NCBI GenBank assembly: GCA_965223335.1
Contig: OZ244991.1
Span: 1,248,001-1,312,000 of the forward strand
Direction of reading: 5' to 3'
Length of the DNA stretch: 64,000 nt
Source: Thermodesulfobacteriota bacterium
GTDB taxonomy: Bacteria > Desulfobacterota_D > UBA1144 > Nemesobacterales > UBA2774
Positions 1 through 8,805 of this stretch are shown piece by piece. The position numbers and the translations under genes were made by a program. Every line of letters begins with the position of its first letter. The first letter of the stretch is position 1. The notes under the pieces are model-generated. The model had not been told where the DNA came from. It searched no databases and saw only the letters and a program-made list of their open reading frames with translations.

Positions 1-2
1 CC

Positions 3-677
3 ATATCGACACAAATCATCCAGCGCGATATACACGCGGAGTACTTCCAGACACTATCTCTCATAGCGTCTACTATAGACAAGATTGCCGTGGAGATAAG
101 ACACTTTCAGAGGACCGAGGTACTTGAGATGGAGGAGCCGTTTACCTCGGGCCAAAAGGGTTCATCTGCAATGCCGCATAAGCGGAACCCTGTATTGTCG
201 GAGAACCTGTGCGGTCTAGCCAGGATGGTGAGGTCTTATTCCATTGCAGCACTCGAGAACATCCCGCTTTGGCACGAGCGCGATATTAGCCACTCGTCGG
301 TAGAGAGGGTCATAGGACCCGATGCGACTGTACTCTTGGATTTTATGCTTGCCAGATTGAACACCCTTTTAAGCGGGTTGGTGGTATACCCTGAAAATCT
401 AGATAAGAACATATGGCTCACACGGGGGCTTGTGTTCTCTCAGAAGGTGCTGCTGAAACTAATCTCCAAAGGGCTTACTAGAGAAGAGGCTTACAGGCTT
501 GTACAAGAGACAGCTATGGAGAGCTGGGAGACTAAAAAGGAGTTTAAGGAACTACTGCTCCATAACAAGTCCATTACCGAGCACCTAAGCCCCGAGGAGC
601 TTGAAGGGTGCTTTGATGTTACACAGGATTTCCACCACATAGAGCATATATTCGAGAGGGTTTTTGCCGGCTCTTAG
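3..677 (+). CDS. purB: Adenylosuccinate lyase, C-terminal part (5' end lies before the window)
   Basis: Frame is open from position 3 (ISTQIIQRD...). Contains the fumarase/lyase signature GSSAMPHKRNP and WHERDISHSSVER. Confidence 0.96.
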   Translation: MSTQIIQRDIHAEYFQTLSLIASTIDKIAVEIRHFQRTEVLEMEEPFTSGQKGSSAMPHKRNPVLSENLCGLARMVRSYSIAALENIPLWHERDISHSSVERVIGPDATVLLDFMLARLNTLLSGLVVYPENLDKNIWLTRGLVFSQKVLLKLISKGLTREEAYRLVQETAMESWETKKEFKELLLHNKSITEHLSPEELEGCFDVTQDFHHIEHIFERVFAGS

Positions 678-783
678 ACGCTAAATTATATAATATATTT
701 AGTGTGATAGAGGGCATTTATTGTTGTTGATTTATAGATATTGGGTGGTATAGTTTAACCTAACAAAATTAAGGAGGCATTAC

Positions 784-1776
784 ATGCGTTTTAGATACTT
801 TGGACTGGCAATACTGATGTTGTCACTGTTTGTTTTTAGCGGGATATCCTATGCGGACGAAGTTACAAGCGAAGAATCCGAAAGACTTAGTGCATTTCTG
901 AAAAAACTGATAGGGGCCAATCTGCCCCCGGGTACAGAGATAGAGGTAGAGGGCTACACAGAGAGCCCGATAGAGGGATTTAAATCGGGAGTATTTAAAC
1001 TCGAGACTCAGAGAGGACCTGCTACGGAGCCTTTCCTTATTAGCGAGGACGGCAAATATGTGGTGTTTGGGGAGCCCCAGAGTCTGGATAACTTTAAGGA
1101 TTCTCCCGTAAAGGGATTAAAAGAGGGTGAGTTCAACAGAGGGGGCAGGGCACTGCCGGCGCTGGTTACCGAGGACGGCGAGTATATTATCCTCGGCGGC
1201 AAGCTCATGGACTCTTCCGTCGATCCTCATAAGGAGATAATGGACCAGATCTCTATGGAGGACCTGCCCATAAAAGGTGCAGCAGACGCTAAAATCACCA
1301 TAGTTGAGTATTCCGACTTCCAGTGCCCGTTCTGTAAGAAGGGTAAGGAACTTCTGCCGGATCTCCTTACGGAGTATGAGGGTAAGATAAAGATCGCTTT
1401 CAAGCAGCTGCCACTGGGTATGCATAAATGGGCTATGGGTGCTTCAGTCGCTTCTATCTGTGCGTACCAGCAGGGTAACGATAAGTTCTGGGAATTTCAC
1501 GATGCAATATTCGATAATCAGGGCACAATCAAAGAAGAGACGGCTACAGAGCAGTTTAAAGGATATGCAAAAGATTTAGGACTGGATGAGCAGAAGTTCG
1601 GTGAGTGTTTGGAATCGACCGAGGTTAAGGCGCGGGTGTTGAAGGAAGCTGCTGAGGCCCAGAGGCTCGGTATAACATCCACACCGACATTTGTTGTAAA
1701 CGGAATGGTAATCCCGGGTGCAAACCCTCAGGGCATCAAATCTGCAATCGAACAGAAACTGGCAGAAGGTTCATAA
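784..1776 (+). CDS. Exported DsbA-family thioredoxin-fold oxidoreductase with duplicated N-terminal DsbC-like module
   Basis: Signal peptide; EYSDFQCPFC active site; cis-Pro loop GITSTPTFVVNG; AAGGAGG RBS upstream. Confidence 0.85.
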   Translation: MRFRYFGLAILMLSLFVFSGISYADEVTSEESERLSAFLKKLIGANLPPGTEIEVEGYTESPIEGFKSGVFKLETQRGPATEPFLISEDGKYVVFGEPQSLDNFKDSPVKGLKEGEFNRGGRALPALVTEDGEYIILGGKLMDSSVDPHKEIMDQISMEDLPIKGAADAKITIVEYSDFQCPFCKKGKELLPDLLTEYEGKIKIAFKQLPLGMHKWAMGASVASICAYQQGNDKFWEFHDAIFDNQGTIKEETATEQFKGYAKDLGLDEQKFGECLESTEVKARVLKEAAEAQRLGITSTPTFVVNGMVIPGANPQGIKSAIEQKLAEGS

Positions 1777-1863
1777 ACAGTATATATTTTCTTTGAGCCT
1801 AGGGTCATTTTTCGTAACTAAACATTATAAATACAGTATGGGTGTGTGTTTTCGGGTTAATTT

Positions 1864-2871
1864 ATGCGTTGCCCTAAATGCGGGTATAACAGTTTTGATT
1901 ATTTAGAGAACTGCAAGAAATGCGGTAGAGAACTGCCCGTACCAACACGGTACCAGGGGCTCGAGACCACATTGGAGAGGGCAAAGCAAAATAACCTTGC
2001 CGCTAATGAACCTACAGAGGATATTATAGTTCCTAAAGAGACCCCTGTGGACCCTTCTGCTCATAGTGAACCCATTAAGCATGCCGAACCTCTGATTTCG
2101 GATGAGGGTATATACTATGACGACGATACGGATTTAAGTGAGTTGGGCCTTGACGATGTATCTTCGAATCCTTTTTCGGAACTGGCTCAATCCGGGACTG
2201 TTTTGGGTAATGAGATTGAAAATGACACAATTACTGCCGAAGATATACATTTGGATAGTGAAGAGTTAGAAGATCGAGCCGCTCAGGATGCCCAATTGGA
2301 TAGCAGTCCCAACCCTAAAGAGTCCTCGGATACGCCTGTTGTTGCTGATAGCGCTATTGATCCGTTTAGAGCCCCGACTGATCATGTACAGGTAACTGAT
2401 GAAACCACCCCGAAACCACAGACCCAACCTACTTTTGAGCAAGCACCAATGTTTCAGATTGCTCAGCTTCATCGCAGAGCCATAGCTATATTTATAGATG
2501 TTATGCTGGTTTTGGGTCTTGTATTGGTAACCTTATACGTCGGTTTTTATTTCCTGCCCGACTATACCTTGAATCTTTTTAGGATAGATTTGCTCTTTAT
2601 AACACTATACGGGCTCCTATTGTTCCTGGCGTCTACATACTTTGTGTTTATGCATGGAGTGGGCGGTAAAACAATCGGTAAGATGGTCATGGGTATATGG
2701 GTCATTAACAGTGACGGGGGGGAGCTTGGGTTTGGGGACGCTTTTTTGCGGTGGGTAGGTTACTATGTGTCGGCTGTGTTTTTGTTCATGGGTTTTATAT
2801 GGTCAATGTTTGATGCCGACTCGCAGACGTGGCACGACAAGATGGTAGGTACATATGTGGTTAGAGGATAG
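1864..2871 (+). CDS. RDD-family membrane protein with N-terminal zinc ribbon and acidic linker
   Basis: MRCPKCG...CKKCG; RRAIAIFID, GKTIGKMVMGI and QTWHDKMVGTYVV are RDD motifs. Confidence 0.85.
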   Translation: MRCPKCGYNSFDYLENCKKCGRELPVPTRYQGLETTLERAKQNNLAANEPTEDIIVPKETPVDPSAHSEPIKHAEPLISDEGIYYDDDTDLSELGLDDVSSNPFSELAQSGTVLGNEIENDTITAEDIHLDSEELEDRAAQDAQLDSSPNPKESSDTPVVADSAIDPFRAPTDHVQVTDETTPKPQTQPTFEQAPMFQIAQLHRRAIAIFIDVMLVLGLVLVTLYVGFYFLPDYTLNLFRIDLLFITLYGLLLFLASTYFVFMHGVGGKTIGKMVMGIWVINSDGGELGFGDAFLRWVGYYVSAVFLFMGFIWSMFDADSQTWHDKMVGTYVVRG

Positions 2872-2873
2872 AG

Positions 2874-4133
2874 ATGGAGTTAATTGAACAGATAAATAAA
2901 TGTATTAGAGAACGCAGTGCCGAGATAGAGAGCTGGTTTGAGCGAAAAGGTAAGAATCTAATTATCCCGCTCTACACATCTGTGGATCTTAGGGTCTCTA
3001 GAAATAAACTTGTGCCTGTTGATACCAATGTGTTCCCTGCGGGTTTTAATAATTTATCCCAAGAGTTTAGGGAGGCTGCGGCAAAGCTATTTCAAGGCTA
3101 TTTCGATCGTAACTACCCGAGTATTAACGATATATTGATTATCCCCGAGCTTCTAACTAGAAATAGTTTTTATTGGGAAAACATATATGTCCTGAAATCG
3201 ATATTGAAGAGTGTGGGCTACAGGGTTGATGTCGGGGTTGTGTCTAAAGAACTCGAGGCGGATAAGATCGCGTTTGAAACATCCGAGGGCAATAACGTTG
3301 TTGCCCATAAGGTGTTAAGGGACGGGTATAAGGTGCATACATCTGAATTCACCCCAGATCTCATACTTATCAACAACGATTTTTCGGAAAAGTGCCCCGA
3401 GGTACTGCACGACATCACTCAGCCCGTAGAGCCGCCTTTTGAGATCGGCTGGCATACAAGGAAAAAAGATATTCATTTCGAATTCTACAACGCGCTTGCC
3501 AAAGAGATTGCAAACATCATCAACCTCGATTCCTGGAGGATCACAATAGAGACCGAATCTATAAGCGGTGTCGATTTCGATGATCCCCGCGACCGCGAGA
3601 AGGTAGCTGAGCTCTCAGACTCTATGCTCGTCAGATTGAAAACCATATATTCGGAGTGTGGTGTAGAAGATGAGCCCTACCTCTTTGTAAAGAGCAACTC
3701 CGGCACATACGGTATGGCTGTGCACAGTATCTCTCATGGGGACGAGATAAGGAACCTGAACTCGGAGGGGCGCAAACGCATGAGGGTGACGAAGAGCGGG
3801 AACCCTGTGAGGGACGTGGTGGTGCAAGAGGGCGTACCTACATACCTCTATGATGATACAGGTGTGGCTGCGGAGCCTGTGCTCTATTTGGTGGATGCAA
3901 AGGTTGCGGGTGGGTTCCTTAGGCTAAACAAGGGTAAAAATCAGTTTGAGAACCTAAACACCAGGGGGATGGAGTTTGCACATATCCCGGGTGGTAACGG
4001 TACGGACAAAGAAAAGAGCATATTTTTGTCCCCACTCCACAGGCTTGTGGCTAGGACGGCTAGTTTGGCTGCAGGATATGAGATTGAGAAGATCCTAAAA
4101 GAGGGCGGCGGCTGTAAGGAACAGGCCTCTTAA
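2874..4133 (+). CDS. gshA: Glutamate--cysteine ligase (GshA, PF08886 type)
   Basis: PLYTSVDLR...PVDTNVFPAGFNNL, LINNDFS, FVKSNSGTYGM, VVQEGV, ENLN motifs. Confidence 0.85.
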   Translation: MELIEQINKCIRERSAEIESWFERKGKNLIIPLYTSVDLRVSRNKLVPVDTNVFPAGFNNLSQEFREAAAKLFQGYFDRNYPSINDILIIPELLTRNSFYWENIYVLKSILKSVGYRVDVGVVSKELEADKIAFETSEGNNVVAHKVLRDGYKVHTSEFTPDLILINNDFSEKCPEVLHDITQPVEPPFEIGWHTRKKDIHFEFYNALAKEIANIINLDSWRITIETESISGVDFDDPRDREKVAELSDSMLVRLKTIYSECGVEDEPYLFVKSNSGTYGMAVHSISHGDEIRNLNSEGRKRMRVTKSGNPVRDVVVQEGVPTYLYDDTGVAAEPVLYLVDAKVAGGFLRLNKGKNQFENLNTRGMEFAHIPGGNGTDKEKSIFLSPLHRLVARTASLAAGYEIEKILKEGGGCKEQAS

Positions 4134-4237
4134 TACAATCTCCAAACAACTTTTACACAGTTACCTCGTGGAGTTGCCTTTAATACCATCAATTTATTAC
4201 ACTTCTATTGTTAGGAATTAATCTGCCCAGTTAGGTG

Positions 4238-4552
4238 CTAGTCTTCTATTAGCACATATATCTCGTCGCCATCGATACGCAGACTAAAAGTTTCTAGGTC
4301 GTCAATGGCGGGTAGACAAAGTACTGTGCCCGTATCGACCTCGAACTCAGCCGAGTGGTATGCACAGGTGATTACCTTGCCGTTTAAGGTGCCGTCAGAT
4401 AGCGGCAGTGCCTCGTGAGTGCATTCGTCTCTAAACGCGTAGTATTCTCCATCCACATTAGCTATGGCCACCATTAGGCTGCCCAGAGGGAAACCGCGAA
4501 TCTCGCCCGGGGGGATGTCTGTGGTCTTTGCAATTTTTTCGTATTCACTCAT
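4238..4552 (-). CDS. Rieske-type [2Fe-2S] ferredoxin
   Basis: CTHE...CAYH Rieske ligands; last gene of the suf operon. Confidence 0.9.
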   Translation of the reverse strand: MSEYEKIAKTTDIPPGEIRGFPLGSLMVAIANVDGEYYAFRDECTHEALPLSDGTLNGKVITCAYHSAEFEVDTGTVLCLPAIDDLETFSLRIDGDEIYVLIED

Positions 4553-4617
4553 TAGCTCTGCCTATGAAAAATTGTGTGTTACGGGGGTTTATCAATAGGT
4601 TATAGAATTCTATGCGT

Positions 4618-5943
4618 TTATTTTCTATTTTCAAACCACTGGTTTGTTAAATTGGTGCAGTACTCTCTTATGAGTTCCGACCTCATATTGTTTATCGTCT
4701 CATTTGTAAAGGCGTTTAGCAGTATGTCGCTTGCCTGCTCTTTGGGTAGGCCCCTGGAACGGAGGTAGAACAGGGAGTCCTCGTCCAACTGCCCTATGGT
4801 GGCGCCGTGTGTGCATTTGACGTCGTCTGCGTAAATCTCTAGCTGTGGTTTGGTATCGATCTGGGCACTGTCGGTAAGAAGCAGGTTTCGGTTGGTCTGT
4901 TTAGCGTCTGTTTTTTGGGCGTCTTTATGAACTATTATCCGTCCGTGAAATACCCCTCGTGAGCTGTCGTCGAGCACGCCGTTATAAAATTGGCGGCTGT
5001 CGGAGTGGGGACTTGCGTGTTCGACTTTCATGTAGTTGTCCATGTGCTGGCGGCCGTTGGACATATACAATCCGTTTATGAGTGAGTCCGAGCCCTCGCC
5101 TGCCAGGACAGGGTGCACGTTGTTTCTAACGAGGGCACCGCCCATAAGCAAGGTGTGCGACGAGATGTTGCTATTGCGAGCCTGCTCGATACGCAGAGTT
5201 CTTATGTTATAGGACTTTTTGCTCTCTCGCTCTAGTGTGTAGTGGTCGACTACCGAGTTCTCACCCGTGATAACCTCTGTGACTATATTGGTTAGATAGA
5301 CGTTGTCTGTGAGTGATACGTACTGTTCTATGATAGAACACTGGGAGTTTTCCTCTGCAATTATTAGGTTGCGTGGGTTTGTGATAAATGGCTTGCGGGA
5401 GTCAGTGGAGACGTAGAGTAAATGGATGGGGTCTTCGATTACTTTCCCTCTGGGCACGAATACGAGTGCGCCGTCTTCCACAAACGCTGTGTTCAGTGCG
5501 GTAAAAGCCTCGTTTGTAACGCTTGCGTAACGGGATAAGTAAGAGGCCAGGAGATCGGCATGGGACTCAAATGCACTAGATATGGGGAGTACTGTTAAGT
5601 CGGCTGTGTTCGAGAGGTCGGAAAATCCTTCGTTATACCTGCCGTTTATAAACACGAGGGTGTTTGTGTTTGAGCCGCCTATAAAGTATGTAGACAGAGT
5701 GTCTTTAGATAAACCGTTTGCGTGAGGGGTGTCGAATATGTACGAAGTCCTTGTGACAGGGGCTAGATTGGTAAACCTCCAATCTTCGTCCCCCAGTGTG
5801 GGGAACCCGGTTTTAGAGAACTCGGCAAATGCTTTTTCTCTAAGGGACTTTAACCACGAGTAGTTGCCCCCCGGTGCATTTTCTATGAATTTGGAAAACC
5901 CGAGTGTGTAGCTCTCAGGGTCGTTAGTGAATACAATACTCAT
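4618..5943 (-). CDS. sufD: Fe-S cluster assembly protein SufD
   Basis: EDWRFT, TKPQLEIYADDVKCTHGATIG, FYLRSRG; follows sufC. Confidence 0.95.
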   Translation of the reverse strand: MSIVFTNDPESYTLGFSKFIENAPGGNYSWLKSLREKAFAEFSKTGFPTLGDEDWRFTNLAPVTRTSYIFDTPHANGLSKDTLSTYFIGGSNTNTLVFINGRYNEGFSDLSNTADLTVLPISSAFESHADLLASYLSRYASVTNEAFTALNTAFVEDGALVFVPRGKVIEDPIHLLYVSTDSRKPFITNPRNLIIAEENSQCSIIEQYVSLTDNVYLTNIVTEVITGENSVVDHYTLERESKKSYNIRTLRIEQARNSNISSHTLLMGGALVRNNVHPVLAGEGSDSLINGLYMSNGRQHMDNYMKVEHASPHSDSRQFYNGVLDDSSRGVFHGRIIVHKDAQKTDAKQTNRNLLLTDSAQIDTKPQLEIYADDVKCTHGATIGQLDEDSLFYLRSRGLPKEQASDILLNAFTNETINNMRSELIREYCTNLTNQWFENRK

Positions 5944-5956
5944 ATATAGTTCTCCG

Positions 5957-6721
5957 TTAGCTGTTCACTGCGGATACGGGCTCTTTTTCCACCCAGCCGT
6001 AGCCCTTTTCCTCAAGCTCGAGTGCAAGCTCTTTACCACCTGACTTTACGATCTGTCCATCGACCAAGACGTGGACGTAATCGGGCACAATGTAATCCAG
6101 GAGTCTTTGATAGTGAGTTATGACAATAAATGCCCTTTCTGGGCTTCGCATCGAGTTTACTCCCTCGGCCACAATCTTGAGCGCATCGATGTCAAGGCCC
6201 GAGTCGGTTTCGTCAAGTACTGCTAGCAAGGGTTCGAGAACCTGCATTTGGAATATTTCGTTGCGCTTTTTCTCGCCACCCGAAAACCCTTCGTTTACGG
6301 CTCTTTTGAGCAGGTTTTCCCCTATATCCATAGATTGAGTTTTTTCTTTGGCCAGCTTGGCGAACTCTACGTGCTTAAGGGGTTCTAGGTCGTTATACTT
6401 GCGCTTTGAGTTAAGTGCCTCTCTAAGTAGATATGTGTTGGCTACGCCCGGTATCTCGACAGGGTACTGAAAGGCCATAAATATGCCCTCGCAGGCGCGC
6501 TCCTCGGGCTCAAGCTCGAGCAGGTCTTTGCCCAGGTACGTGATGCTGCCCTCTGTTACTTCATAAGAGTCCCGGCCTGCTAAGACCTGTGCCAGTGTGC
6601 TTTTTCCCGAGCCGTTTGGGCCCATGATCGAATGGACTTCACCTGCGTTAACCGTAAGGTTCACACCCTTTAGTATTTCCTGTCCCGACACACTGACATG
6701 TAGATTTTTAATCTCAAGCAT
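5957..6721 (-). CDS. sufC: Fe-S cluster assembly ATPase SufC
   Basis: GPNGSGKST, AFQYPVEIPGV, NEGFSGGEKKRNE, LDETDSGLDIDAL. Confidence 0.97.
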   Translation of the reverse strand: MLEIKNLHVSVSGQEILKGVNLTVNAGEVHSIMGPNGSGKSTLAQVLAGRDSYEVTEGSITYLGKDLLELEPEERACEGIFMAFQYPVEIPGVANTYLLREALNSKRKYNDLEPLKHVEFAKLAKEKTQSMDIGENLLKRAVNEGFSGGEKKRNEIFQMQVLEPLLAVLDETDSGLDIDALKIVAEGVNSMRSPERAFIVITHYQRLLDYIVPDYVHVLVDGQIVKSGGKELALELEEKGYGWVEKEPVSAVNS

Positions 6722-6779
6722 ATAATTTCTCCTCAGTTCTAATCAATTGTACTGTGTTGTGTGATAATGGCTGGTGTTT

Positions 6780-8216
6780 TTACCCTACACTACCCTCAAG
6801 GCTTATACTAAGAAGTTTCTCGGCCTCGACAGCGAATTCAAACGGCAGTTCCTTAAAAACGTCTTTGCAAAACCCGTTTACTATTAACGACACCGCGTCC
6901 TCTGCCGAAAGTCCCCTCTGCTGACAGTAAAAAATTTGATCCTCACCTATCTTAGACGTCGAGGCCTCGTGCTCCATCTGAGCACTTGAGTTTTTGACCT
7001 CTATATAGGGGAATGTGTGCGCGCCGCATTTGTCCCCTATGAGCATCGAATCGCACTGGGTGTAGTTGCGTGCGGAGCTAGCCTCTTTAGCGATTTGCAC
7101 CAGCCCGCGGTAGGTATTTTGACCCTCGCCCGCCGATATACCTTTTGAAATAATTGTGCTGGTAGTGTTTTTACCTATATGGATCATTTTAGTGCCAGTG
7201 TCTGCCTGTTGCCTTCTATTGGTAAGGGCTACGGAGTAGAATTCCCCGACAGAGTTATCACCCTCTAGGATACAGCTCGGGTACTTCCATGTTATTGCCG
7301 AGCCGGTCTCTACCTGTGTCCAAGAGATATGCGAGTTAGTCCCTACACACCTGCCTCGTTTTGTAACAAAGTTGTATATACCACCCTTGCCCTCGGCATC
7401 GCCGGGGTACCAGTTCTGAATGGTCGAGTATTTAATGGTAGCGTCTTTGTGTGCCACGAGCTCAACAACAGCGGCGTGAAGCTGGTTTTCGTCCCGTTTA
7501 GGGGCGGTGCAGCCCTCTAGGTAGCTAACGTAGCTCCCCTCTTCCGCAATAATTAGGGTTCTTTCGAACTGACCCGTGTTCTCGGCGTTAATTCTGAAGT
7601 AGGTCGATAGCTCCATGGGACAGCGCACGCCTTTGGGCACGTACACAAAAGAGCCGTCTGTAAACACTGCGGAGTTAAGCGCTGCAAAAAAGTTATCGTT
7701 ATGCGGTACGACATAGCCCATGTACTTCTTTATGAGATCAGGGTGCTCTTGGACAGCCTCTGAGATAGAGCAGAATATTACCCCCGCCTCGGCAAGCGTT
7801 TCTTTAAAAGTGGTGATAACCGATACACTGTCGAACACAGCGTCTACAGCCACACCGGCCAACATCTTTTGCTCCTCTAGAGGGATTCCGAGTTTATCGT
7901 ATGTCTCTTTAATCTCCGGGTCGATATCGTCAAGGCTCTTCGGCCTGTCCTGCTCTTTTGGGGCTGCGTAGTAGCTTATGCTTTGGTAATCGATAGGGTC
8001 GTATTTAACATGCTGCCAAGAGGGCTCTTTCATTGAGAGCCAGTGTTTATAAGCATTTAAGCGCCACTCCAGGAGCCACTCGGGCTCGTTCTTTTTGCTC
8101 GATATAAACCTTATAATATCTTCGTTTAGGCCCTTTGGTGCTATCTCTTGCTCAACATCCGTGGTAAACCCGTATTTATATTCCTGTTCTGTGATTTTAT
8201 CTAGATCTACACCCAT
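6780..8216 (-). CDS. sufB: Fe-S cluster assembly protein SufB
   Basis: [28 protein letters not shown]-terminal SLEGSVG. Confidence 0.97.
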   Translation of the reverse strand: MGVDLDKITEQEYKYGFTTDVEQEIAPKGLNEDIIRFISSKKNEPEWLLEWRLNAYKHWLSMKEPSWQHVKYDPIDYQSISYYAAPKEQDRPKSLDDIDPEIKETYDKLGIPLEEQKMLAGVAVDAVFDSVSVITTFKETLAEAGVIFCSISEAVQEHPDLIKKYMGYVVPHNDNFFAALNSAVFTDGSFVYVPKGVRCPMELSTYFRINAENTGQFERTLIIAEEGSYVSYLEGCTAPKRDENQLHAAVVELVAHKDATIKYSTIQNWYPGDAEGKGGIYNFVTKRGRCVGTNSHISWTQVETGSAITWKYPSCILEGDNSVGEFYSVALTNRRQQADTGTKMIHIGKNTTSTIISKGISAGEGQNTYRGLVQIAKEASSARNYTQCDSMLIGDKCGAHTFPYIEVKNSSAQMEHEASTSKIGEDQIFYCQQRGLSAEDAVSLIVNGFCKDVFKELPFEFAVEAEKLLSISLEGSVG

Positions 8217-8254
8217 TTACTTAAGCCTCCGAAATTCCTATATGCTTCATCATC

Positions 8255-8674
8255 TCAAGACGCAATGTTTGTCTCCTGTCTCTCCAACATGTCCTCTAGT
8301 GTCGTGTCTTCGAGTATTTTTATCATCGATAACTGAACCCTGTCCCATACCGGGAGCTGTGTGCACGAGTCGTGCAGCACACAGATCGAGTCGTTGTCCA
8401 TGCAGTCTACCATCCTTATCTCGCCCTCTATTGCTTCGTATATTTCACGCAAGCTGATCTCACAAGGAGTTTTGCGCAAGGTATATCCGCCTTCGGGGCC
8501 GACCATGGATCTGACCAACCCTTTTTTCACCAGTCTTCGCATGATTTTCGCCAGGTAATTAATAGGTATGTGCTGGCGGTCGGAAATCTCCTTCATACTC
8601 GACTTCCACGATGGCTTAGTCCCCATGTATGTCATGGACCGGACTGCATAGTCTAGAGTTTTGCTTACCTGCAT
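8255..8674 (-). CDS. Rrf2-family (IscR-like) transcriptional regulator with three Cys
   Basis: DYAVR...YLAKIMRRL..KGLVRS..GPEGGY; C-x6-C-x5-C cluster (VDCMDNDSICVLHDSC); first gene of the suf operon. Confidence 0.9.
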   Translation of the reverse strand: MQVSKTLDYAVRSMTYMGTKPSWKSSMKEISDRQHIPINYLAKIMRRLVKKGLVRSMVGPEGGYTLRKTPCEISLREIYEAIEGEIRMVDCMDNDSICVLHDSCTQLPVWDRVQLSMIKILEDTTLEDMLERQETNIAS

Positions 8675-8686
8675 AGCTGATTAAAC

Positions 8687-8713
8687 TATTGTGGATATCA
8701 TGCATCCACAATA
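8687..8713. promoter_or_regulatory. Perfect 10-7-10 inverted repeat, candidate Rrf2 operator
   Basis: TATTGTGGAT-atcatgc-ATCCACAATA lies 12 nt upstream of the Rrf2 ATG. Confidence 0.6.
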
Positions 8714-8733
8714 TGTAAATTCCCAGATGGTAA

Positions 8734-8761
8734 ATATTACCAGAAAATAATATACTGTCAA
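8734..8761 (-). promoter_or_regulatory. Candidate sigma-70 promoter of the Rrf2-suf operon
   Basis: Minus strand TTGACA (8761-8756), 16 nt spacer, TAATAT (8739-8734). Confidence 0.45.
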
Positions 8762-8805
8762 TTGCTGTTTTTTTGAGTGTGTTTGAGCCGCATAAACGTT
8801 CAATC

